This document shows positions 27,410 to 36,202 of a stretch of 64,000 bases of DNA, piece by piece. The DNA lies in NCBI GenBank assembly GCA_041910055.1, contig JAYRRP010000002.1, forward strand, positions 21,211 through 85,210. Direction: 5' to 3'. The first letter of the stretch is position 1. The number at the start of each line of letters is the position of its first letter. This DNA is from Candidatus Saccharimonadales bacterium. Its GTDB lineage: Bacteria; Patescibacteriota; Saccharimonadia; Saccharimonadales; JAYRRP01. The translations under genes were made by a program, and so were the position numbers. Below the pieces are notes generated by a model that saw only the letters and a list, made by a program, of their open reading frames with translations, was not told the origin of the DNA and did not search any database.

Positions 27410-27829
27410 TCAACCTTCGAGGTGTTGCTTAATCCGTTCGACTACATCAGCAATAACTACTTGTGATTTAACTAAATAATCGTCTGCACCCAATGATTTG
27501 GCTTTTTCCTTATCAGAATCCTGACTCAGAGCGGTCAGCATCATCACCTTTACCTTAGATGTCTCTGGGGTATTACGCAGAATATCAAGCACATCAAACC
27601 CGCTTACTTTAGGCATCATTACATCAAGCAATATCAAATCTGGTTTATATTCTAATGCCGACTGTAAGGCATCTTCTCCGTTAGGTACTCGGCGGACATC
27701 AAAGTTTTCTGCCTGTAAACGTGTTTGGTAGACGCTCGCCAGAGCGTCATCATCTTCTACTAGCAAAATCTTTTTACCACTTGTTTTGTCACTCGGTTGA
27801 AAAGTACTTACATCATTCATAAGGCTCAT
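27410..27829 (-). CDS. Orphan CheY-like response regulator (REC only)
   Basis: 139 aa with all canonical residues: LLVEDDD, LILLDVMMP, MMLTAL, DYLVKS. Confidence 0.85.
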   Translation of the reverse strand: MSLMNDVSTFQPSDKTSGKKILLVEDDDALASVYQTRLQAENFDVRRVPNGEDALQSALEYKPDLILLDVMMPKVSGFDVLDILRNTPETSKVKVMMLTALSQDSDKEKAKSLGADDYLVKSQVVIADVVERIKQHLEG

Positions 27830-27838
27830 GCTAAGCGA

Positions 27839-29455
27839 TTACGCCGGTTTTTGCAACAGGCTATCAAGAAAACCCTGAAAGAGCGGATGTGGACGATTTG
27901 GACGAGACCGGAATTCGGGATGGAATTGACTGGCTACAAAGAAACGGTGTTCAGGAGCCTCGATCATTTCTACCAACTTATTGTCCGGCGAAGTGCCGAC
28001 AGCGTTGATGCCCCAAACATTATACTGTGTGCGATAGGTATTATTGCATTCATAACGATGACGGTGGCGCTCCGTAATTCTCGCTGTTCCATATAACTTC
28101 ATTGACAAACTCCCCTTTTGTAGCAAGCACGGATAGTCTCCCAATCGCATTGTGCCACCTGTGTTTTCCTTACCCTTTTGATCTGCCATCGTATTGATGA
28201 CTGGATCCTTGCACCGGGGAGCAAATTCAGTCGAATTAGCATTGCGTAGTCCGGCTTGACGAGCAGCCGCAATGACCCCCACCTGTAACCCTAAACACAA
28301 TCCCAAATACGGAACATTATGTTGGAGTGCATATTGTGCAGCCTTAATCTTACCTTCTACCCCTCGCTCACCAAAACCACCGGGCACTACAATCCCATCC
28401 AGGTTTACAAATACTTTGGATAAATCACGCTTGTGTTCCAGTTTTTCAGCATCAATCCATTGAATCTTAAGTTTTACGCCGGCTGACCACGCAGCCGCCC
28501 GTAATGCTTCAAAAACTGACATGTAGGTGTCTTGATTGTCCAGATATTTTGCCACCACTCCTACCGTGGCTTTCTTCTGGCGCACGGTAGTAGCCTTGGC
28601 CACCACTTGGCGCCATGATTTTAAATCAGGTGACGTTACGCCACTAAGGCCCAGACGCTGACACATTACATCAGCAATACCGGTATCCTCAAGCGTAAGC
28701 GGTACCTGATAAATACTCGGTGCATTGGGCAATAAAGCAATCGCTTCCACCGGCACCCCACAAAACAGGCTTAACTTATCCTTTACACTTGCTACTGCCG
28801 GGTGTTCACTTCGCGCTACTAAAATGTCAGGCGAAATACCAAGGCCTCTCAATTCCCGTACGGAATTTTGAGCTGGTTTAGTTTTTGTCTCTTTACTCGC
28901 TCCTAGAAACGGCAGGTAGACAACGTGCACATACAGGCATTGGTCGCGACCAACCCGTAGCCCTAACTCTCTTATGGCTTCAATAAAACTCAAACTCTCG
29001 TAGTCACCAACCGTGCCGCCTATCTCAACAATGTGCACATCAAAACCCTTGCCTGCGGCTACGATATACTCCTGGATAGCTCCTGTCAGGTGCGGAATAA
29101 TTTGGACATCTTCACCCTTATATAAACCAGCCCGTTCATCTTGAATGACCTTCAGTAACACCCGGCCGCTCATCAGTGAGCTGGTACTGGTAAGTTCCTG
29201 GTCGAGAAATCGTTCATAGTGACCAAGGTCTAAATCAGTTTCAGCCCCGTCCTTGGTCACAAAACATTCACCATGTTCTCTAGGATTTAGAGTGCCTGCA
29301 TCAATATTGAGATAGGGATCGCATTTTTGGATGTTAACTTTCAGCCCGCGGGCTTTTAATAGATTGCCGATTGAGGCGGCGGTAATGCCTTTGCCGAGTC
29401 CGGAAAGTACCCCGCCAGTCACAAAAATGTATTTGGTCGCTCTCTTTGCTCCCAT
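27839..29455 (-). CDS. pyrG: CTP synthase
   Basis: 538 aa. KYIFVTGGVLSGLGKG and the GATase domain motifs GLCLGLQ and HRHRYE. Confidence 0.95.
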   Translation of the reverse strand: MGAKRATKYIFVTGGVLSGLGKGITAASIGNLLKARGLKVNIQKCDPYLNIDAGTLNPREHGECFVTKDGAETDLDLGHYERFLDQELTSTSSLMSGRVLLKVIQDERAGLYKGEDVQIIPHLTGAIQEYIVAAGKGFDVHIVEIGGTVGDYESLSFIEAIRELGLRVGRDQCLYVHVVYLPFLGASKETKTKPAQNSVRELRGLGISPDILVARSEHPAVASVKDKLSLFCGVPVEAIALLPNAPSIYQVPLTLEDTGIADVMCQRLGLSGVTSPDLKSWRQVVAKATTVRQKKATVGVVAKYLDNQDTYMSVFEALRAAAWSAGVKLKIQWIDAEKLEHKRDLSKVFVNLDGIVVPGGFGERGVEGKIKAAQYALQHNVPYLGLCLGLQVGVIAAARQAGLRNANSTEFAPRCKDPVINTMADQKGKENTGGTMRLGDYPCLLQKGSLSMKLYGTARITERHRHRYECNNTYRTQYNVWGINAVGTSPDNKLVEMIEAPEHRFFVASQFHPEFRSRPNRPHPLFQGFLDSLLQKPA

Positions 29456-29513
29456 CTTCTCCCTAACTTTTCTGATACGATACTACCTTGGTGTTGGTTT
29501 AGGTGCAAGTGTT

Positions 29514-30731
29514 TTATTGCCGTAATAATTGCAGTGCAGCATCTTTTTGAGGATCCTTGCCGTTTTGGTAATCTTCGTCGCTGCGCTCAACTTTCTTGTC
29601 AGGTTCAATGCCCTCTTTATTAATATTGCGGCCATTCGGTGTAAACCATTTAGCAACCGTCACCTTCAACTCGCCGCCATCCTGGAGTTTCTCAATTGAC
29701 TGCACACTGCCTTTGCCGAATGTCTTTATCCCTAATAACGTAGCGGCTTTATTGTCTTGCAAGGCGCCGGCGGTAATCTCACTTGCACTGGCACTTCCGT
29801 CATCTACTAGGACGATAGTTGGAATGCCTTTCAAAATATTCTGACCGGTAGTCGGCTTATACGTTTTTACTACCACATTTCCTCGTTTTTCCTGTAATAC
29901 TGTCTGTGATGAATCAAGCCATAAACCAGATACATCAACTGCTTCTGTTAAAAGTCCGCCCGGATTGCCACGCAAATCAAGAATTACCCCCTTAACCTGT
30001 GCATCCTTAAAGCGTTGGGCTGCCTCTTGCGCTGCCTGACCGGTATCTTCTGAAAATCTCGAGACTTTCATATAACCAATCTGACCGTCCATAACTTGTG
30101 ATTCTACGCTCGGCACAGTAATTTCTGCCCGGGTAATCTCGACTTCAAAGTCCTTGTTGTTTCCGCGGACAATTTTAAGTCGTACCTTAGAGTCCTTTGG
30201 CCCCCTAATGCGATCAACCGCTTCGGACACACTAAGGTCAAACGTACTTTGTCCATCAACAGCAACAACCTGATCTTTGGGTTTCAAACCAGCCTTCTCT
30301 GCAGGATAACCCGATAAAGGCGCGACCACAATAATTGCTCCTGTTTTTGGATCTTTACTTAGTTCAGCTCCAATACCAGTAAAGGTACCGTTCAGATCTT
30401 CGCTAAAGCGTTTTGATTCTTCAGAATTAAGGTATTCAGTGTACGGATCGCCACTGGCTTTTACTAGTCCCTGTTTCAGACCATCCTGAAGTTTCTGGGC
30501 ATCAAGTTGGCCATCAAAATTGTCGCGTAATTTATCATAGAGCTGCTCAACGCTTGAGTAATCAAGACTCGCCGGTAACTTATTACTGGTTACCTGTCGG
30601 TGGAAAACAGCATTAGAACCGAGCGCAATGCGCCCGCTGCCAATTCCCCAACCAAGCAAAAACACCGCGGCAGTGCCGACAATAAGTTTGGCGTACGAAG
30701 CAATACTTTTTTTCTGCTTTTTCTCCATCAA
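29514..30731 (-). CDS. S41 carboxy-terminal processing protease (Ctp/Prc-like) with PDZ
   Basis: 405 aa. N-terminal TM, FTGIGAEL, PDZ (PAEKAGLKPKDQVVAVDG), LDLRGNPGG, catalytic Ser context GSASASE and TFGKG. Confidence 0.9.
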   Translation of the reverse strand: MMEKKQKKSIASYAKLIVGTAAVFLLGWGIGSGRIALGSNAVFHRQVTSNKLPASLDYSSVEQLYDKLRDNFDGQLDAQKLQDGLKQGLVKASGDPYTEYLNSEESKRFSEDLNGTFTGIGAELSKDPKTGAIIVVAPLSGYPAEKAGLKPKDQVVAVDGQSTFDLSVSEAVDRIRGPKDSKVRLKIVRGNNKDFEVEITRAEITVPSVESQVMDGQIGYMKVSRFSEDTGQAAQEAAQRFKDAQVKGVILDLRGNPGGLLTEAVDVSGLWLDSSQTVLQEKRGNVVVKTYKPTTGQNILKGIPTIVLVDDGSASASEITAGALQDNKAATLLGIKTFGKGSVQSIEKLQDGGELKVTVAKWFTPNGRNINKEGIEPDKKVERSDEDYQNGKDPQKDAALQLLRQ

Positions 30732-30796
30732 TTCGTCTATTATTACACAGCCTAGAGGCTACGCGCCACTATTCATAAGCAATTTGTCAGGTTTTC

Positions 30797-31993
30797 TTAA
30801 AAGTGAACGAACCAAAGGCCGCTGGCGCTAATGGAATTGGTATCATATTTACCGGTGCCAGCTCGATTATAGTCACTGACTACTATCGTGCCATTGCCAT
30901 TCACTCCTTCGACATACATCACATGTCCAAAGGTACCGGCAGTACTGACTGCAGCCGCACCTGTCTCTGGAGTTTGATCAACCCTATATCCATAACCTGG
31001 AGCAGTAACTACCCAGCTTTTTGCATTGCCTAAACCCGATGGTACATATCTGCCAGTGCTTCTGACCCGATACGAAACCCAATCTGTACAGTTACGGTAC
31101 CCATAACCGCCAGTTGCCCAGTTCCAGACAGAGCCATTTACCGCCCAATCATAGTTAGGGCACCAGCCATCCACCTGACCAGTGTGCAAGCAAGCCGCGT
31201 TACCCCATGGATAACCACCACCGCCAATTACTCCACCGCTGCCGCCAAATAAACGGACATTTTCTATGGCCTGCTGGCGCTTTAATTCAGTGATACGGTC
31301 ATAATTATCTTTTATTTCTTTATCAGTGGTCGCTTGTTCACTCTGATTCAGACCAAGTAAACGGTTTTGTTCACCTTGTTGGGTGGCTAATTGGTCCTGA
31401 AGTTTGGTGAGCTCTTTAATCAGCCGTTCAACTTCTTCTTTTTGGCCTTTCAGCTGAAGCTTCAGTGCGGTCACTTTATCAAGTGTAGTTTTTACTTTGT
31501 CGCGCACTGCATTGCGATATTGCTGTTTATCGACGAATTCGCTCAAGTCACGGCTTGAGGCTAACATTTCTAAAGTCGAGATCTGTCCTTCCAGGTACAT
31601 CTCTCGGATATTTTCACCCAATACGTGTTTTTGCTTAGCCAGCTCAGCCTCGGCGTCAGCAATTTGTTTTTGAAGTTCATCGTTACGCGCCTTGTTGGCA
31701 TTTATTTGGATTTGCAGGCCATTGATTTGTTCTTGTAAGGCATTAATGGTTGCCTGCAGGCCGCTGGCCTCTACTTTCAGACCGTTAAGGACCCCTTTCT
31801 TCTGGTTATTTTCCTCTGAGAGCGCATTAATCTGATCTTGGTAACGGTCTGCACTCGCCAATGGAAAATGGACTGCTGCGCTGATAGTCAGCACACCGCT
31901 AATAAGGACTGCCGCTAGGGGCAATAATTGCGATCTTAATTTTTTAGATTTTTGTTTTACCATAAACGTTTTTACTATACCATACCTTGCCAT
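30797..31993 (-). CDS. Secreted coiled-coil + CHAP-domain peptidoglycan hydrolase (PcsB/CwlO-like architecture)
   Basis: 398 aa. Signal anchor, about 200 aa of heptad-rich coiled coil (LQEQINGLQIQINANKARNDELQKQIADAEAELAKQK...) and a C-terminal CHAP domain (NCTDWVSYRV, GHVMYVEGV). An AGAGGA SD precedes ATG 31993. Confidence 0.8.
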   Translation of the reverse strand: MARYGIVKTFMVKQKSKKLRSQLLPLAAVLISGVLTISAAVHFPLASADRYQDQINALSEENNQKKGVLNGLKVEASGLQATINALQEQINGLQIQINANKARNDELQKQIADAEAELAKQKHVLGENIREMYLEGQISTLEMLASSRDLSEFVDKQQYRNAVRDKVKTTLDKVTALKLQLKGQKEEVERLIKELTKLQDQLATQQGEQNRLLGLNQSEQATTDKEIKDNYDRITELKRQQAIENVRLFGGSGGVIGGGGYPWGNAACLHTGQVDGWCPNYDWAVNGSVWNWATGGYGYRNCTDWVSYRVRSTGRYVPSGLGNAKSWVVTAPGYGYRVDQTPETGAAAVSTAGTFGHVMYVEGVNGNGTIVVSDYNRAGTGKYDTNSISASGLWFVHF

Positions 31994-32074
31994 GTATTGT
32001 AAATATCCTCTTTATATGGCTTCGCAGCCTTAGCTATCACTCACTTTTTGTAAGTCGGAGGGCTTGATAAAAAT

Positions 32075-33034
32075 TTATTTTGCTGTTTTAAACTTTAAGT
32101 ACCGCCGGGTCGCAATAAATGAAGAAGCGGCTCCGATGAATATACCAATCCCGACTTGCATTGTCAAAAATAACCAGAAGTGTTTTGCAAAATAGTCATT
32201 GGCGTAACCAATGTCCAGTAAACCTAAACTGCTAGCTTCAAATGCTGACGACGATATTACAAACAATGCATTGAGAAATGCTACCGAGATCACCGCTGAA
32301 ACAATTCCATATATCATGGTTTCAACAATAAACGGACCGCGGATGTAGTTAGTGCTAGCCCCCAGCAGACGCATAATTGTGAGTTCTTCGCGGCGGTTAA
32401 AAATTGCCATTCGAATAGTATTAAAAATGATCAGCATTGAGATGAACGCAAAAGTCAGTACTCCTGCAATGCCAAACCGACGGATAAAGGCAGTCGCACT
32501 GGTAATTTTATCGATTGCTTCTTTCCTGGCTCCAGAGTAGGATGTTTCTTCGGATTGCAGTTCCTTCACCTCCTTTTTCTCTAAGAAAGCCTTAATTTCA
32601 TTTATCCGATTGGGGTCTTTCGGCTTAATCTGCAGACTGGCCGGCAAGGGATTATCAGTTTGAGATATAGCCACCAAAAGATCTGGATTATCGGCATTTT
32701 CCTTTTTATAACTTTCAAGTGCCTCTTCTTTTGAGATAAAACGGACTGATCTCACATTATCCAAAGCCCTCACCTGCTCAATCAATTGTTCACGTTTTTC
32801 TGGTTTTATATCATCTTTTAAATAAACCGACACATCAATTCGATCAGTAATCTGGGCAATAGTATTGGTAAAGGTAGCATTTGCAATTACTGAAAAAAGT
32901 ACAATCGTGAGTGTAATGACCATCACTGCCATCGCGGCAATCCCTAGCCAGGCATTGCGGAAAAAATTAACCCCGCCGGCTTTAATAATGCGCCGAAGGG
33001 TGATTAGTCTCCGTCTAAAACCAGATCTTTTCAT
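32075..33034 (-). CDS. ftsX: Cell division ABC transporter permease-like FtsX
   Basis: 319 aa. TM1, a large extracellular loop, then 3 C-terminal TMs. Immediately downstream of ftsE. Confidence 0.85.
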   Translation of the reverse strand: MKRSGFRRRLITLRRIIKAGGVNFFRNAWLGIAAMAVMVITLTIVLFSVIANATFTNTIAQITDRIDVSVYLKDDIKPEKREQLIEQVRALDNVRSVRFISKEEALESYKKENADNPDLLVAISQTDNPLPASLQIKPKDPNRINEIKAFLEKKEVKELQSEETSYSGARKEAIDKITSATAFIRRFGIAGVLTFAFISMLIIFNTIRMAIFNRREELTIMRLLGASTNYIRGPFIVETMIYGIVSAVISVAFLNALFVISSSAFEASSLGLLDIGYANDYFAKHFWLFLTMQVGIGIFIGAASSFIATRRYLKFKTAK

Positions 33035-33037
33035 CTT

Positions 33038-33724
33038 TTAGGCATACTCCGCATTCGCCTTATCGCTAATGACCTTCCCGTCCCTGATTGTCACCACACG
33101 CCGCTTCAGTCGGTTTACTATGTCTTGATTATGGGTAGTCAGCAGCACAGTCGTACCAAAACGATTAATTTTTTCAAGCACTTTAATCACGTCCCACGCA
33201 TGCTTTGGGTCCAGGTTGCCAGTCGGCTCATCGGCGATAAGAATCTTAGGTTGGCGGACTATTGCTCTGGCAATTGCGACACGTTGCCGTTCTCCACCAG
33301 AAAGTTCGCGCGGCATGCTTTTCTCCTTACCTTTCAGACCGACAATCTCAAGCACACGCGGAACGGTGTGTTGAATTTCGTGATTGCTCATACCAGCAAT
33401 CTCAAGCGCAAAGGCTACATTCTCAAAGACGTTTCTATTCGCGAGTAACTTGAAGTCCTGAAAAACAACACCAATTTTTCGGCGTAAAAGCGGAATCTCT
33501 CTATCTTTTAGGCTGTCGTAGTCAATACCGCCAACAATAATCTTACCGCTGGTTGGTTTTTCTTCCCGTGTCAACAATTTCAATAAGGTTGATTTACCAG
33601 CACCGCTTGGCCCAATAATAATAACGAATTCTTTCGGTTCAACGTGCAGACTGACCCGATCCAAAGCCGAGCCGGTAGTACGACCGTATGTTTTCGTTAC
33701 CCTGTCCAACAGAATCATTAGCAC
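33038..33724 (-). CDS. ftsE: Cell division ATP-binding protein FtsE
   Basis: 228 aa. Walker A GPSGAGKST, signature LSGGERQR, Walker B ILIADEPTGNLD. Confidence 0.92.
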   Translation of the reverse strand: MLMILLDRVTKTYGRTTGSALDRVSLHVEPKEFVIIIGPSGAGKSTLLKLLTREEKPTSGKIIVGGIDYDSLKDREIPLLRRKIGVVFQDFKLLANRNVFENVAFALEIAGMSNHEIQHTVPRVLEIVGLKGKEKSMPRELSGGERQRVAIARAIVRQPKILIADEPTGNLDPKHAWDVIKVLEKINRFGTTVLLTTHNQDIVNRLKRRVVTIRDGKVISDKANAEYA

Positions 33725-33750
33725 TATTATAGCAAGCTCATAGCGAAGCG

Positions 33751-34857
33751 CTAGTTGTGATCAGGTCTCGTTGCTGGTCGCTGCTCAAGCCACGCACCCA
33801 TAAAAGCATCCAGTTCACCCCTCAGGACAGCCTCAGCATCAGACGTTTCGTATTTTGTGCGCAAATCTTTTACCATTTTATATGGATGTAACACGTAACT
33901 ACGGATTTGGTTCCCCCACTCTGCTGACTGATGTGGGCCTTTTAGGCGATCCAATGATATTTGATGTTGTTCAGCTTGCAAGCGTGCCAATTTAGAACGC
34001 AGAATCGTCAGCGCAGTCTCTTTGTTTTGGAGTTGAGATCGCTCGTTCTGGATTGTCACTTGTATATTAGTCGGCAGATGGGTCACGCGAACGGCTGAAT
34101 CGGTCGTATTCACGCTTTGACCACCATGTCCACCAGCACGAAAGACATCTATCTTAAGATCGTCCTTATCTATTTCGATCTCTTTTGGCGTATCTATCTT
34201 TGGTAATATCTCTACTTTCGCAAAACTTGTTTGCCGCAAATTATCAGCATTAAAGGGGCTGAGTCGTACCAAACGGTGAACCCCATGTTCGCTTTGTAAT
34301 TTCCCATAGGCGTAAGGCAAAGTCACGACAAACACTACTCTCTTTAATCCTGCTTCCTCTCCACTTGATTGATCAAGCACCTTGCAAGTACCCCCAGATT
34401 TCTCAACCCATCGCAAATACATATTGAACAACATTTGTGTCCAATCTTGGGCATCGGTACCTCCTGCCCCTGCATAGATGCTGATTATAGCCGGGTGATC
34501 GTCATAGGGGCCACTAAAAAGTAAGTCGCGCTTTAATTTGTTAAGTTGTTTCGTCATTTCCTCAATTTGCTGAGATAATTCCAGTGCTATACCCGGGTCC
34601 GCCAAATTATGTAACTCTTTAACCTCTTCCAGTTCCGTGCGCATTTTCAACCAGGGCTCAGCTTGGTTTTTAACCCGTTGATAACGCTCTACAACCGTCT
34701 GAGCTTGTTGATTATCCTGCCAAAAATCAGGTTCAGCCATTTTTTGCTGAAGTTCCTCCATCTGTAGATGAAATTTTTCAAGCTCAGAATTGCGGGCAGC
34801 TTCTTCAAAGTCCCGCTCTAACTCCCTCAACCTCTTCTGGTTGTCTTCGTTTGTCAT
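33751..34857 (-). CDS. prfB: Peptide chain release factor 2 (single uninterrupted ORF, no +1 frameshift)
   Basis: 368 aa. SPF tripeptide (LSPFNADNLRQTSFA), GGQ ([22 protein letters not shown]) and an in-frame N-terminus. Confidence 0.92.
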   Translation of the reverse strand: MTNEDNQKRLRELERDFEEAARNSELEKFHLQMEELQQKMAEPDFWQDNQQAQTVVERYQRVKNQAEPWLKMRTELEEVKELHNLADPGIALELSQQIEEMTKQLNKLKRDLLFSGPYDDHPAIISIYAGAGGTDAQDWTQMLFNMYLRWVEKSGGTCKVLDQSSGEEAGLKRVVFVVTLPYAYGKLQSEHGVHRLVRLSPFNADNLRQTSFAKVEILPKIDTPKEIEIDKDDLKIDVFRAGGHGGQSVNTTDSAVRVTHLPTNIQVTIQNERSQLQNKETALTILRSKLARLQAEQHQISLDRLKGPHQSAEWGNQIRSYVLHPYKMVKDLRTKYETSDAEAVLRGELDAFMGAWLEQRPATRPDHN

Positions 34858-34887
34858 ATGTTTATTATACCGTCTGGTGAGAGAAAG

Positions 34888-36174
34888 TTACTGCCATAGA
34901 GGCAGAATTTTAGATTGGAGTGTGTGAATAAAATCTTTGCTCGTATTGCCAAGTACTCCGAACCCCCATATGTTGTCTCTGAACATCTTTTTGGTAGTGC
35001 GGATAATCCTAGCTTGCGTAATGGCATCAATTCGAGCAGGAATTTTATAATAGTCATCAACTACTTCATCAAAGAAATAACGGTAACTATATCCGCTCGC
35101 CGTTCCACTAACTGTCTGGCCGCTCCGCTGGTAACGACCGAGAGCATATTGTTTCGCCGCTTGAATGTCTTCGTCGTGCACTTGGCCATTAAATATTGCC
35201 TGGAGTTCGTGAGTGATAATATCGAAGAGTTCCGGCGCATTACGAGGTAACACTTGACTGCCAAACCACCAGTTCGTACTCATTTTCGTTTGCCCGATAC
35301 CGGAGCTCATACTATAAACTAATCCCCTCTCGCGTGCTCGACCCAGTATCTTAGAATAAAGCGTTTCGGTCAGCATAGTATTCATTAAATTCAGGCTATC
35401 TACTTCATTGTCACCGAGACGACGTCGTAAAAAGGTATCAATATAAAAGTAGACATTCTCAACTGTAGTATTTGGCAAATAAAGAGGTTCTGCCAGGCGC
35501 TGGGGCGTCTCCGTAGGTAGCTGACGACGACCTTCACCCTTTTCCAATTCCAAGCTTCCTATTAACTTCTCTATTTGACGGCGCCGGACTGCTGATATGT
35601 TCCCAGCAATTACAAAACGCAGATTAGAGGTAGTATGAGTTACCTTATAATGTTGTCGGATATCTGTAATTGATACGTTATCCATTAATTGCAGTCTCTC
35701 CTGGTCAGTTAACACATAGAACCCATATGCTTCACGTAATGCCAGGCTTAAGTATCTAAAATGGTTGTTAGATCGAGCAGTTAACTCTTCCCTCACATTG
35801 CTGAACTCCGCTTCAAACTCCTCCTTTAGAAATAATGGTCGTGTCATAACAATTAACAGCAAGCCTAGAATACGGTCCCACTCAAAATCAGCACACTCAG
35901 CTTCATAAGTAATATCATAGGTACCCGTACTGGCATTCGAATAAGCACCGTTCTTTTCAAACTCAGCTTGAAAGGCACGAGATTTGGGAATTAACTCATT
36001 TGCACCTAACATAAGGTGTTCCATGATATGAGGAGTTTCCCATTTTTCACGCGGCACCAGGTATTCACCTGCTCGATAATTAAATTCAAACGTCATCACA
36101 CTTGCGCCCGGTATATGAATGAGAAGTCCTTTGGCGCCGTTCTGCAGTGTAAGTTCTTCTACTGTGTGTTTCAT
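34888..36174 (-). CDS. M16-family (pitrilysin/insulinase-like) zinc peptidase
   Basis: I start it at ATG 36174 (MKHTVEELTLQNG...). It has an inverted zinc motif HxxEH (HIMEH). The track ORF extends 174 nt into secA and I rejected that extension. Confidence 0.75.
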   Translation of the reverse strand: MKHTVEELTLQNGAKGLLIHIPGASVMTFEFNYRAGEYLVPREKWETPHIMEHLMLGANELIPKSRAFQAEFEKNGAYSNASTGTYDITYEAECADFEWDRILGLLLIVMTRPLFLKEEFEAEFSNVREELTARSNNHFRYLSLALREAYGFYVLTDQERLQLMDNVSITDIRQHYKVTHTTSNLRFVIAGNISAVRRRQIEKLIGSLELEKGEGRRQLPTETPQRLAEPLYLPNTTVENVYFYIDTFLRRRLGDNEVDSLNLMNTMLTETLYSKILGRARERGLVYSMSSGIGQTKMSTNWWFGSQVLPRNAPELFDIITHELQAIFNGQVHDEDIQAAKQYALGRYQRSGQTVSGTASGYSYRYFFDEVVDDYYKIPARIDAITQARIIRTTKKMFRDNIWGFGVLGNTSKDFIHTLQSKILPLWQ

Positions 36175-36202
36175 AAATAAAATGATCCGAGAGGAGCCTG
36201 GT

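Noticed and set aside
33751-34857. Programmed +1 frameshift site expected in prfB
   Set aside because: The RF2 ORF is continuous from an N-terminus that aligns with the region upstream of the usual frameshift site. No in-frame UGA or SD-like CUU UGA context is present, so this is a non-frameshifting prfB.
34854-35060. 68-aa and neighbouring small ORFs overlapping the M16 peptidase gene
   Set aside because: They are nested or alternative-frame ORFs inside a supported gene.
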